Below are positions 48,672 to 61,809 of a stretch of DNA of 64,000 nucleotides, one piece after another. The notes under the pieces were generated by a model. That model saw nothing but the letters and a program-made list of their open reading frames with translations, searched no databases and had not been told where the DNA came from. The translations under genes were made by a program, and so were the position numbers. The DNA is from Massalongia carnosa (lineage: Eukaryota). Numbering within the stretch: the first letter of the stretch is position 1; each line of letters opens with the position of its first letter. Where the stretch lies: NCBI GenBank assembly GCA_965645245.1, contig OZ287087.1:1240001-1304000 (forward strand). The letters run 5' to 3'.

Positions 48672-51600
48672 ACGCGGCGGGGGTAGATGAGTTGGTTATC
48701 ATATCTTTCTTTATGGAGGATGATTTATTCGATGACCATCCAGTAATGGAAGATTGTATCGTAGGAAATAAATTTTATACGAGAGCGATGATTGATACTG
48801 GATCTACTGGTTATTGTTTTGTTGATAGACTAACTGCGCAGGAAATATGTGAAAAGGCTAATATCTCACCGGTGACGTTAAATAGACGGAAAGAGATAAA
48901 GGCATATAATGGAAGAAAAGGCAAGCCTATTACCCAGGCCATTTATCCATCTCTGAAAATTGGAAATCATACCGAGAGCTCAACACCAATGTTGATCACC
49001 GAGCTGGGCCAACAAACGATTATTCTTGGCAAGCCTTGGATGCGAAAACATGGTGTTAGCTATCATGGGCATACGAATTCGATTTCTTTTCGTCCCGATC
49101 ATTGCAATCATCTAGGTGCCCCTGAAAGGCCTTTCCCATCGTCGCCAATCAGGAGAGAAGAACCGGGCTCAACAAAGGACACCACGCCTATATTCCAACC
49201 AAAGAAGATATTGAAAAGAGACGAACCCGATGAAAAGAATCATAGCAACTCGAACCCGATTTCAGTTCGAAGATCAAGAAAGGAAGATATCTTGAAGCAA
49301 AAGTCTTGGAGAAACGACGCCGAGAGCGAAGAAGCCCTGGATATAGCGATGATAGGTACAGACCCATTTAATGTATTAACGAAACAAAAGGATGTCGAGA
49401 TATTTGCAGTCTCGCTGAGAGATATCAACTTTGAACTAGCCAAGGGAGAAAAGCCAATCACCGATCCTAAGACCATAGTCCCCCCCGAGTATCACGACCC
49501 CCTTGATGTTTTCTCTAAGGAAAAAGCTGATGAACTGCCCCCTCATAGAAAGCATGACCATACCATCGAATTGCTAGAAGGTAAAGGACCCGGGCATGCC
49601 CCGCTATATAATATGTCAGAGGGAGAACTCCTACTGGTCAAGAGATATTTGGAAGAAAATCTGAAGAAAGGATTTATTACAGCCAGCTCGGCCCCTTTTG
49701 CCTCGCCGATACTATTCGCCAAGAAACCGAGTGGTGGACTTCGGTTCTGCGTCGATTATCGAAAGCTAAACGAAATCACCAAAAAAATCGATATCCCCTA
49801 CCTCTGATATCTGAGATAATGTCTCGATTGGCCAGGGCTAGATTTTTGACAAGAATAGATATTCGACATGCCTTTAACCGACTTAGGATGAAAACCGAAA
49901 AGGACGAAGATCTCACAACCTTCCGCACGCGATTTGGGTCATATAAATCTCTAGTATTACCCTTCGGACTGACCAACGGCCCTGCTACGTTTCAGAACTT
50001 CATCAACGATACCTTCTTAGAATATCCAGACGAATTCCTAATAGCCTATCTGGACGATCTCTTGGTTTATAGTGAAACCATGACTGACCACCGAAAACAT
50101 GTTCGAAAAGTTCTACAAAAGCTTCGAGAAGCTGGTATTCAGGCTGATGTGGATTAATGCGAATTCCATGTGACCGAAACAAAGTTCCTAGGAGTGGTAG
50201 TCGGGCGGAATGGGATCAAGATGGACCCTACCAAAATTGAGGCAGTCGTCGAATGGGCCATCCCTAGGCATCTTAAACAGGTGCAGGCCTTTCTAGGATT
50301 TATCAACTTTTATAGACGTTTTATCAAAGACTTCTCCAAAATAGCCAAACCCCTCGTACATCTAACTCGAATAGACGAACCATTCAATTGGACCCCAGCC
50401 TGCCAAGCAGCTTTTTCCGAATTGAAAAGACGGGTGACCGAGGCCCCGGTCCTCGCGCATTTCAGCCCAAGCCGAGAAACGTTCGTGGAATCGGATTTAT
50501 CTGATTATGTGTCAGCCGGAGTATTATCGCAAAGAGGTGAAGATAGACTTATCAGACCAGTAGCCTTCTTTCCAAAGAGCCTGTTGCCAGCCGAATGCAA
50601 TTATGAAAAATACGATAAAGAATTGCTTGCAATAATCAAATGTTTCGAACAATGGAGGCCTGAGCTGCAATCCACCGAGCTCCCAATCAAAGTATTGACC
50701 GACCACAAAAGCTTGGAATATTTCATGACAACCAAAAAGCTAAATAGGCGACAGGCCAGATGGGCTGAATTTCTGGCCGATTTCAATTTTGTCATCACAT
50801 ACCAAGCTGGAAAATTCCATACAAAGGCAGATGCACTAACTAGAAGACCAGGAGACAGGCCCGAATCAGAGGATAATTCCATACAAAGGCATCATCATCA
50901 GATAATCTTACCTCTCGAAAGCCTAGACCCTCAAATCCAAAAGGAAATGGGTTTGAAATGAACGAGATCAACGCGGAAAAGTCGAAAGATCCGCTCGAGA
51001 ATAATGCCAAACTATTTGTCCCCGAAGAAAAGAGAATGAAGCTGATACAGGAAGTTCACGATCAACCAGCCGTTGGCCATCCGGGAATAAAGCGGACCTA
51101 CGAGATGATGAAGAAATTCTTTTTTTGGCCAAAGATGAAAGGGACCATAGAACAATACATTCGAAATTGTCATACATGCAAAAGAGCAAAAGCTCCAAGG
51201 GACGGTTATTCCGGACTATTAAATCCGCTACCTATACCAGACCGGCCCTGGACAGATATATCAATGGATTTCGTAACTGGCCTACCTGAAAGCAAGGGTC
51301 ATAATGCAATATTAATGGTAGTAGACCGATTTTCCAAGATGCATCATTACATTCCATGCACCACGGACGAAGAAGGGACAACTGCCGAAGAGACGGCCCG
51401 AATGCTAATAAAACATGTATGGAAATTGCATGGCCTACCGACCACGATAATCTCAGATAGGGGACCTCAATTCGTATCGCTAGTATGGAAATCGCTATGC
51501 GTAATGCTGGGAATAAAAGCCAAGTTATCAACCGCATTCCATCCCGAGACCGACGGTCAAAGCGAAATATCCAATCAAGAAATGGAGCGATATCTGAGAA

Positions 51601-52352
51601 CCTATGTCAATTATCAGCAAGAAGACTGGACAGAGTGGCTATCGATGACCGAGTTCGCATCAAATGCCTGTGTCTCAGCTTCAAGTGGATTATCTCCATT
51701 TCAGGTCAACTATGGGTTTGAACCGAGGATGAGCTTCTATCCGATTGACGCATCTACCGGATCGGCCAGAGAAAGAATATTGAAAACTCGAGCAAAAAAT
51801 ATCGGCCAAGCAATGGAGAAAATCTGGGAATTCGGAAAAGAAAACCTAGTACGAAGCCAAGAAAGTCAGAAGAGATTCGCGGACAATCATCGGGAGGAGG
51901 CACCAACCTATAAAGAAGGAGATGAAGTTTGGCTATCAACCAAAAATATCAAAACGGAAAGGCCTTCGAAAAAGCTAGATCATAAGATGATCGGACCGTA
52001 CAAGATATTAAAAGCTTTGGGGAATAGCTATAAGTTAGATCTTCCAGCATCGATGAAAATACACGATGTTTTCCATTCATCATTACTCCGACCAGCAAGT
52101 AAAGACCCATTGCCCGGACAAATACCCCCGCCTCCACCACCGGTAATTATTGACAACGAGGAAGAATTTGAAATTGATTATATTTTGGATTCAAGAACTT
52201 TCAACAAGAAGCTACAATACAAGGTAAAATGGAGCAATTACCCACCGGATAACACATGGTATCCGGCCGAAGATTTTGCGAATTCAAAAGAAACTGTGGA
52301 AGAATATCATCGGAAATATCCAAAGAAGCCGCGACCGAAGCTAATCACATGA
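48647..52352 (+). pseudogene. pol: Pol of Gypsy C (frameshifts near 49790 and 50960, stop at 50155)
   Basis: MIDTGS, LRFCVDYRKLN, YLDD, YDKELLAII, HPETDGQSE, GPY and chromodomain FEIDYILDSR..YKVKW. Confidence 0.92.
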
Positions 52353-53707
52353 CAGCGATTAGGAGCTCGCTAACCAAGAGGGGGGGTAGTGTCAGGACTC
52401 GGGTGTGGGAGCGTTAAATACAACGGCTCTTTCCGACCGAAGCTTCGGAGATAAGCTTCTAGAGCCAGATGGAAACTTCGAGAAGAAGGGCAAACGGGCA
52501 TATAGATTTCACATTCTTCTTGGTAGATAGATTTCTCTTCTTCATGCTTAGTCTCTTAGGTAGCTGACTACTATTCGTCTTCCCTGGATAGTGGTTCTTA
52601 CACAGCACTATTTTTCTGTCAAATTGATCGATCAGAACACTATACTTATCAGTGACAATCTTTTCAATTCGCATCATTTTTTTATATTTCAATCTCGTCT
52701 TCATTAATCTCAATATCTTCTTCATCAACTCATCAATTTTCTTCATCACATTGTCGTCAAAATATATATCTCGACGAAAAAACAACTTCTCGCGTACGTT
52801 CTTGAGAAAATTCTGTAAAAATTATCGATTGCATGTATAAATATTTAACTTTACTTGATCAATTAAAACATTGAATATGATTTCGAATTTCGACAAAAGT
52901 TTCGCACGTCATTCTCATTAATACGTTTCTAGTTCATCTATGATTTCAAAAACGCTCGAGAATTTATTTGTTTAATATTATCATCAGATTTATACTTCTT
53001 TTTCATCATTTTACATAGTTGAATTTATTTTCTTTTCACAAAGTCAGATAATGACTTCATCGTCTGTTCAATTAACATGTCACAATAGCGAGACAATTTA
53101 CGAATCTTTTCATTGTTCTCGACATGATAATTCTCGCACATGTCTGTCATGAAATGCCTCCGACCTCACCACGTGCCTCTATCACGTGCCTTGATCTGAT
53201 GACTATTCACGGACGTCGTGCCATGCCATCGGGACCCTTATATCATTCTTCGAATTCGCCGATTACTGATTATTAATCAGCCTTGCATTGATGATTTATT
53301 CCCGTCTTTCGACTATTATCATGTCTAATAGCTTCGCATTGATGTTTGACATCTCCCGTCTCCTCGCTGACCCCATCTTGCTTATTGCCGCTATAATGCC
53401 CCTCATTCATCATCGCACTGACTAGACATCATTCGCCGCCACCCTAGATAGATGAATATGGGAGGACAAAGATATAAGAAAGAAGTCGAATCATGGAAGT
53501 TCTGATTCTTTGTCGAACGTCTTGAATAGCCAACCTAGCCTAGCCTAGATTCATAGCTATAGACTCAATCAATAAGCTTGACCATCAAGCCACCTTGCCT
53601 TTGCCCTTGCCCTCGACCTGATTTCTTGACATTACGTTCGACCAACATTCAAAAGTGCCTTCCATAGCATTTTCCCTCATCTCCCTTTATCTCATTCCCC
53701 CTCAATC

Positions 53708-54851
53708 ATGTCTTCAGCAGAAGAGAACCTCTCCGAGCTGGATAAGCGTATTCGATTCATTCAGGAACGTCTTCAGGCAGACCCTCAGCAATTCCTGAGT
53801 CAAATGGACAACCTAGAAGCCGAAGTAAACCAACTTCGCAACAATGCCAATACCCCTTCTATTTCCGAGCCCATACCTATTTCAAATCCACCCCCCCCTA
53901 CCTTCGATCCGCAAATCATGGCCATGATGCAGCTGCTCCTGGCGTCAAAAAACTCCCTCATCCGCTCCGAAAAGCTCCCGGACATCACGGAGTATGTGGG
54001 CGAAGAAGTCAAGCTGGATGCATGGGAGCAGTCCCTGATTCAAAGAATGCATGTCAACAATGATCGATACCCGTTCGATTCAGCCAAAATTGCCTATGCC
54101 GAAAGCCGACTCACCATAGGCAAAAAGGCTCATAACCTAATGAATGCGTACAGGGTCGATGGCCTTTGCGTACTCACCTCATTTGCTGAATGGCGATCAG
54201 CCCTCCGCCGCGCATGCGGAAATCCCTACGAGCAGGAGGATGCTCGCAAAATACCTTCGCGATATCCTCAAACAGGGAAGTAGTAGCTTCGAGGAGTACT
54301 ACAACCTTTTTGCGTAGAAAAAAGACCGGTCCAAGATAGAAGATGCCAGCCTGATCGATGCTATGAAGGCAAATGTGAATTATTCAACCCAGACCGCAGC
54401 CCTAATGTATAGGGTCCCCGCAACCCAAAGGCAACCAACCACCTTCGACGAGCACGTCACCATGTGGTTGGAGACAGATCGTGGCCTTCGGCAGATCCGC
54501 CACATTGCCCCAAAGGCGAACACCACCACTATCACCCCGACACCGAAAAAGCCAAACCCGTTATCAGCACTTACCCCGACAGTCGCTCCCGCTGCCAAAG
54601 CACCTGTCGCTTCTCCCGCCTCCCCTGCGCTGCTCATTGGCGACCCCATGGACCTAAGCTCTGCCATGGCAGCGGTGAAAGGCCAATCGCTCAAAACCGA
54701 GGGGGTCCGCAAAATCTGCGAAGACTGGAAGTTGTGTTTCTACTGCAAATTGCAGCATCCAGGGAAGTCAGCAACTGACTGTCCCAACAAGCGAACCAAC
54801 CTTCGGAGCATGGAGCTCGAAGCCCCTGATATTGATCAGGGAAAAGCCTAG
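53708..54851 (+). pseudogene. gag: Gag of Gypsy D (frameshift near 54250, stop near 54315)
   Basis: SEKLPDI..Y.G, GDPMDLS and CFYC..H..C motifs. Confidence 0.85.
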
Positions 54852-57800
54852 TCTCTGCACATCGTCGCGTGCAGGGACTCCCCCCCCTTCTCATTTCCTC
54901 ATGTTTGATGGCCAGTTTTTTCCCCTCTTTGAGATCCAATACGCGATTTTCCGCAGCCTCCGCTTTGGAGCTGTTTGAATCACATAAGACGTTCAGAGAC
55001 AGTCACATGGTGATGACAGGTATCTTGCGATTATCTAGATCTAGGATTAGAACGTATAATCTAATTGATTGTGATGCATCTGGCTTTTCATTCATCGATG
55101 AGAAATTTGCGCATACTAACCAAATTCCCCTTCATCTTCTCAAATATCCCCGCCGGCTCGAAGGATTCGACGGCCAAAGGGCTCTATCCGGCAATATCAC
55201 TCATGTGGCCGAAATCACCATGGATCTAGAAGGTCATGTAGAAAAACTCTTTCTATATGTCACCGGGTTAAAAAATTATCCCATTATCCTGGGCCATCCA
55301 TGGCTCCGCCGGCATAACGCCATAGCCGATTTTGGGCATAATACGCTCACCTTTGCCTCCCCCTACTGCCTCACTCACTGTTGCCCCCACCCCGTCAAGC
55401 TTCAAGCCGTTGAGGAAGAATTCCTCACCCCAGCCGAGAGTCGAAAAATCTGGGATGAAGAGATCCTCGAAGACGCCCTAAGAAAAGTTATCAATCAAGA
55501 CACGTCTATCAGAACGTCGATAACTTCTCTAGAAGAGGGGGAAGAAATTCCCACAATCAAAAAGTCCATTCCTGACAATCCCGTCAAAATCGAGGAATCC
55601 ATCCCTTTGTTCAAAACCGCGCCGCGCGATTTCACCTTAATCAAACCCGAAATCAATGAACCCGAACCCCAGCCTCAAAACCCCACCGATGAACCCAATC
55701 GCATTGAAAATGCAATCCAGCAAGGGCTTCCCCCCCCGAAAATCCGATACCGAAGCCCGTCCAAATTGCGGACATCCACCCAAAGACGTGCTCATCAAGC
55801 AGCACGCAAAACCACCCCGCAGATGAATGTCTGCGAAATCGGAGCTATCTCCTTCAATCGACTGACTCGGAAGAAAAACCACGATAGTTTCGCCCTGTCC
55901 ATGAAAGAAATTGACCTCTTTCTAGGAAAAACCAACCCCGAACCTCTAGTAATGAAAGCCTCACCTAGTTCAGCCCCCGATTTGATCGAAAAAGCCAAAA
56001 AACCCAGCCCAGCCTACCAACCATTGCCATCTCGAGCAAGCCCGCACGAGAAAGAAATCCACCTAGCCTTATTTAAGATGAATAAGGCCCTAACCCTAGC
56101 CACCGCCGTGACTCGTGAAGAGTTAGACGCTTACCGAGAAAGTAAGAACGTCGACCCAGCCCCCCTTCTGCCCAAGCAATACCACGAATTCCTAGATGTC
56201 TTCTCGAAGAAGAAATCCGAAGACTTGCCCCCCCGCCGTCCCTACGATCATGCCATAAACCTGAAAGAAGGTACGCAGGCCCCTAGTCAGGCCCTGTATG
56301 GTATGAGTCGTACCGAAATCGAGGAGCTCCGCCGCTACCTCGACGAAAATCTAGCCAAGGGATTTATTCGGGCTAGTCGCTCCCACGCCGCCTCCCCGGT
56401 GATGTTCGTGAAAAAGCCAGGTGGGGGACTTCGATTTTGCGTGGATTATCGTGCTCTGAATGCCATCACGATTAAGGATCGCTATCCGCTGCCCTTGATC
56501 GCCGAGACCCTGCACCAATTAATCAAAGCCAAGATATTCACCAAGATAGACATCATCGCCGCCTTCAATATGCTCCGCATACGAGAAGGAGACGAAGAAC
56601 TCACCGCTTTTCGCACTCGTTTCGGCCTTTTCGAGTCCTTGGTCCTACCCTTCGGCCTATGCAACGGGCCCGCCTCATTTCAGCACTTCATCAACGATAC
56701 GCTTCACGAGTATCTTGCTGACTTTTGCACTGCGTACCTAGATGATATCCTCATCTACAGTGACAATGAGCTGGAGCACGAGGTCCACGTCAAAAAAATC
56801 CTGTCTCGACTCCGAGATGCAGGCCTGCAAGCCGACATCACCAAGTGCAAGTTCCATGTCACCGAAATTGCATACCTAGGGATGATCGTGACCACCGAAG
56901 GGATAAAAATGGACCCGGCCAAGGTGGAAACCGTCGTCAATTGGCCAAACCTCGTCAATGTGAAAGATGTGCAAAGCTTTCTGGGTTTTGCTAACTTTTA
57001 TAGACGATTCGTGTATGGGTTTAGCGACATAGCTGGCCCCCTAACCAACCTGACCAAGAAGGAGACGGAATTCCTGTGGACTGACAAATGCCAATTGGCA
57101 TTCGAAATGCTGAAAAAAGCTTTCACCTCCGATGTCATTCTCAGGCATTTCGACCCCGATCGTCCCATCATCGTCGAAACCGATGCCTCCGACTATGTTT
57201 CGGGGGGCATTCTTTCTCAATACGACGATGATGGGATACTTCACCCCGTCGCCTACTTCTCAAAGAAGCACAATCCCGCCGAGTGCAACTACGAGATCTA
57301 TGACAAAGAACTGATGGCAATCGTTCGATGTTTTGAAGAATGGCGACCCGAACTAGAAGGATCTGCCTTCCCCATCAGCGTCATATCCGACCACAAAAAC
57401 CTGGAGTATTTTGCCTCCACCAAGCAGCTCAGCCGTCGCCAAGCTAGATGGAGCGAATTTCTCTCTCAATTTGACTTCAAGATAGTCTATCGACCAGGAA
57501 AAGCCGGAGGAAAACCGGACGCTCTAACTCGTCGATCGGGAGATCTTCCTAAAGAAGGGGATGATACGGACGAGCGAAGGAAATTTCAACACCAAACCAT
57601 TTTGAAAACCGAAAACCTGGATGAGGAAGTCGCAAAAAGTTATTTGCGATCCATTCTTCTGGCACCAGCTTACCTAGATGATGCAGATATCGAAGAAGCA
57701 GAACCTCAGCTAGATGAGGACCTCATCGATCCCGATGAGGATATCTCCACGGAGCTCCTCTGGGAACAAGCCCTGACACGAGACCAATTCGCCCCCGAAG

Positions 57801-59298
57801 TCCTGGAAGCCCTTCGTAATAACGAAAGGCATCACAATCGAATCCAATTAGCCGAATGCGAAGATAGGGACGGTATCTTGTATTTTCGAAACAAGAAATA
57901 CGTACCTCGATCCGATCGTCTGAGGCTTCGTATCATTCAACTCGCTCACGATAGCGTCGCCGGCGGACATCCGGGCCGTTCCAAATGCCATGAGTTGGTA
58001 AATCGATCCTACTGGTGGCCCAGCATGTATCAGTCCATCAAGCGATTTATCCGAAACTGCCACACTTGCAGAAGATCAAAACCATCCCGCCAGCGCTATC
58101 AGGGCTGGCTACGCCCACTCCCCCCCCCCCTGAGCGCAGATGGCGGGATATTTCCATGGATTATGTAGGCCCCCTGACCCCCAGCACCTTCATGGGAATC
58201 ACTTATCGCTACATCTTGGTGGTTATAGATCGCCTGTCCAAGATGCGACATTTCATTCCTATCACGTCCATGGAAGTTGAAGACGCCGCCGATGCGTTCT
58301 ATCAGAATGTCTGGAAACTACATGGGCTTCCCGAAGCCATGGTTTCTGATCGTGGCCCCCAATTCGTCTCCGATTTCTGGCAGCTCATGTGCAAGAGGCT
58401 GAAAATCGACGCCAAGCTATCCACCGGATACCACCCGGAGACCGACGGGCAGACCGAGCGAGCCAACGCCACCATGGAGCACTACCTAAGGGCTTATGTC
58501 AACTACATGCAGGATGACTGGGCACAATGGCTTCCTGGCGCCGAATTCGCCAGCAATAACACCGATTCATCTAGTATCCTGGCCTCCCCCTTCCTAGCCA
58601 ACTTCAGGCAACATTCCCGCATGGGATTTGAACCGGAGGAACCCCTGCCGCAAGACCTAACCGCTCAGGGCAGAGCAAACCTAGTTGCAGCCAATCAGTT
58701 CGTGAATAAGATGCAGGATATCGACACTCATCTTCGAGACGAAATGCTGATGGCCCAAGCTTCGTACGAAGCAACTGCAAATGCTAACCGACGTCCCTGC
58801 CCCCGCTATTTCGTTGGCGATATGGTGTGGCTAAGCACCAGAAATATCCAAACCGCTCGCCCCACAGTCAGGCTGGATGACCGAAATATCGGCCCCTACC
58901 GCGTCAGCAAGGTGTTTTCCAACCCCTTGATCGTACAGCTGGAGCTTCCCGATACCGTCAAAATCCATCCCGTCTTTCACGTCAATCTGTTGCAGCATGA
59001 TGCCAATGACCCCCTCCCCGGGCAGAGACCGGAGCCTAGAGACCCCGTCATCGCCGAAGATGGCCAACGAGAATGGTATGTCAATAGGGTATTGAATTCC
59101 AAGCTCGACCGACGTTTTCAACCCCCGCTTCTGAAATACCTAGTGGATTGGGAAGGGCATCCTTCCACCTGGGAGCCTTTCAACTATCTCATCAATTGTC
59201 AGCAAGTCATAGACGAATACCACCAAGCCTATCCCAATGCGGCCGGCCCTCATCTAAATCCCTGTCAAATTCCCCGTTGCCAATGCCACGAGGCATAG
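54839..59298 (+). pseudogene. pol: Pol of Gypsy D (frameshift in the C-run at 58120-58130)
   Basis: LIDCDAS protease site, LRFCVDYRALN, YLDD, ETDASD, HPETDGQTE, GPY and chromodomain WYVNRVLNS..YLVDWEG. Confidence 0.92.
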
Positions 59299-59828
59299 AT
59301 AAGATGGCATCGCAGGAGCTCTGCCTTGAAGGGGGAGCTACTGTCATAAAATGCCTCCGACCTCACCACTTGCCTCTATCACGTGCCTTGATCTGATGAC
59401 TACTCACGGACGTCGTGCCATGCCTTCGGGACCCTCATATCATTCTTCGAATTCGCCGATTACTGATCATTAATCAGCCTCGCATTGATGATTTATTCCC
59501 GTCTTTCGACTATTATCATGTCTAATAGCTTCGCATTGATGTTTGACATCTCCCGTCTCCTCGCTGACCCTATCGTGCTTATTGCCGCTATAATGCCCCT
59601 CATTTATCATCACACTGACTAGATATAATTCGCCGCCACCCTAGAAAGATGAATATGGGAGGACAAAGATATAAGAAAGAAGTCGAATCATGGAAGTTCT
59701 GATTCTTTGTCGAACGTCTTGAATAGCCAACCTAGCCTAGCCTAGATTCATAGCTATAGACTCAATCAATAAGCTTGACCATCAACCCACCTTGCCTTTG
59801 CCCTTGCCCTCGACCTGATTTCTTGACA

Positions 59829-60263
59829 ATGTCTTCATATCTATTCAAGAACTTCGACACATTTTTATTTTGAAAGAATGAGATCTCGAGAATCTTTGAC
59901 TGAAGCATGATCATTACAAACTCGAAGAATTCTGCAGACATGACAAATCGATTTTCAAAAGACTCGAGATTAATCGTAAATGAAATAATAATGTCGTTAT
60001 TTATTGCATTATTGAATTGAATTTCGTTTGTAAATATAATAATCGACGAGAAATTTTCATATACAGATCGAATCGATGAATTAATTTGAACAGCAATTTC
60101 AGTAATAAATTTCGTATGCTTGCAAATAATAATACCGAGTCGTTCAAGAATAAATAAAAGATGTATAACGATTTTCAAAAGAAAAACTGTTGATGTGTTT
60201 TTGTTCTGTTTATTCGATTGACAACAACAATGATGATAATGCGAGTTAATAAAATGAAGTTAT
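59829..60263 (-). pseudogene. gag: N-terminal gag fragment of the hypermutated host Gypsy
   Basis: EISFFQNKNVSKFLNRYED resembles a mutated P-x-F-x-G-x-NV-x-FL gag motif; joined through TSDs to 52603-53144 and 46574-46894 (CPYC..H remnant). Confidence 0.6.
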
Positions 60264-60705
60264 TGTCAGGACCTGCCATAGAGACTACGGAGAAGGATAC
60301 GGAAAAGGGGCATCAGCATGGACTCGGCCGCCGAACCCGGCCCGACCCTAATGGGCTGATTCCGCTGTCGGCCACATGCCGTCTCAGGGGGACGGCTGGC
60401 GAGGGGGACGGCTGGAAACCCATGTAGGATGGCACTAACCGCCCAAAGGGGCCGGGAGCCATTTGGACCAATCAGATAGCTGGGGGCTATCCGATAAGGG
60501 AGTCTTAGGGGGAGACACGTCTGTAGCATAAAGAGGTCGATGCCCACCTTATTCTAAGGGCATAGATCAATAACATACATTATTGAGACACCCCATTCAC
60601 GTGACCAACACGCCCTCTGAGTAGAAGCATACGTCTTACACTTTGATCTATCCAACCTTCTAGGGAGCCCGTTGGTCATTCCTCATTACCTCGACATTTC
60701 AACCT

Positions 60706-61809
60706 ATGGTATTAACTAGATCGCAAATGTCTTCGTCCACCGCTTCCGGGGCGAACCCGACACCTAACCCGGACGAGACCCTAATTTCCGCCACCATGGC
60801 AGACATGCAGCGAGAAGTTGAGGCCATTGAGGCTGAACGGAAGCAGGCGCACCTAGCCAAAACGCTGGAGGACCTGAAGAAGGAAAAGGCCGCCGGCTTC
60901 CCCACTCTCACGGATCGAACCAAACCCGTCGACCCGCTGGCCCTGGAAAGGTCTCTTCGTTCCGTAGACCCGACGACCTACGCCGGCGACAATCAGCGGG
61001 CGTTTGACACATTCCTACGTGACTGCAAGAGAACTTTTCTGCAGAAGCCAGTCACATACGAATCGCCCTCGGCACAGGTCCTCTACGCCGAGAACTATCT
61101 ATCCGGAGCCCCTGCCGACGATTGGCACCGTGAGAAGGAAGCGACGACGAAGGCGGCGGAAGGTGAGCTCACCTGGAAAATCTTTGCTGACTTCCTCCAG
61201 GAAAAGCTCAAACCGAAGCATCTACGCTTGATGGATCTGGGGGGACAACTGAAGAAATTGCGCCAATTCCAGGGGCAGACCGTGTCCGATTTTGTCACAT
61301 ATCTGGAAAGCCTAGAAGCTCAACTCCCCGAACCCCCCACGGAAATGCAGAAGCATTCCAACCTCCTACACAGCGTGCACGACTACTTGAAGACGGCTGT
61401 GATCCGGGCGGGTAGTCAGGGGACGACCAGGGCGGAACTGGTCGAGGCGGTGAGGATTGCGGAAAGGGTTGAGCCAAAACCCGATGGATGGAAGAAGACT
61501 TTCAATAAAAGCCGGAATCAAAATCGAAACAATCAATCTTCCTCAACCCCCAAACCTGAAGAAGATGGACCCGCTGACGCTCCACAGGCACCCGTGATTA
61601 ATCCGAACCACCAATCAAACAAAAGAAAGCTGGATGATCAGGAAGATCAGCAAGATCAAGAAGCCCCGCCCCCTACGAGACCAAAAGGAAATCGGTCGGA
61701 TAAGGATTGCTGGAACTGCGGGAAAATGGGGCACCTTCAATTCGAATGTCGGTCCCGGCCGTCGCCGCGGGGATCGTCCCGCCGGCCGGGAAAAGGTCGG
61801 GGCCAATAG
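60706..61809 (+). CDS. gag: Gag of Gypsy E
   Basis: 367 aa; LRQFQGQTVSDF motif; CWNCGKMGHLQFEC knuckle. Confidence 0.92.
   Translation: MVLTRSQMSSSTASGANPTPNPDETLISATMADMQREVEAIEAERKQAHLAKTLEDLKKEKAAGFPTLTDRTKPVDPLALERSLRSVDPTTYAGDNQRAFDTFLRDCKRTFLQKPVTYESPSAQVLYAENYLSGAPADDWHREKEATTKAAEGELTWKIFADFLQEKLKPKHLRLMDLGGQLKKLRQFQGQTVSDFVTYLESLEAQLPEPPTEMQKHSNLLHSVHDYLKTAVIRAGSQGTTRAELVEAVRIAERVEPKPDGWKKTFNKSRNQNRNNQSSSTPKPEEDGPADAPQAPVINPNHQSNKRKLDDQEDQQDQEAPPPTRPKGNRSDKDCWNCGKMGHLQFECRSRPSPRGSSRRPGKGRGQ

Larger units (their letters stand above)
46895..52602 (+). mobile_element. Ty3/Gypsy chromovirus family C, full-length, mildly degenerate
   Basis: 213-bp LTRs 46895-47107 and 52390-52602 (about 7 differences); TSD CAGCA; PPT AAGAGGGGGGGGTAG. 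Confidence 0.96.
53145..59828 (+). mobile_element. Ty3/Gypsy chromovirus family D, full-length, mildly degenerate
   Basis: 487-bp LTRs 53145-53631 and 59342-59828 (about 15 differences); TSD ATGTC; PPT GAAGGGGGAGCTAC. Confidence 0.96.
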
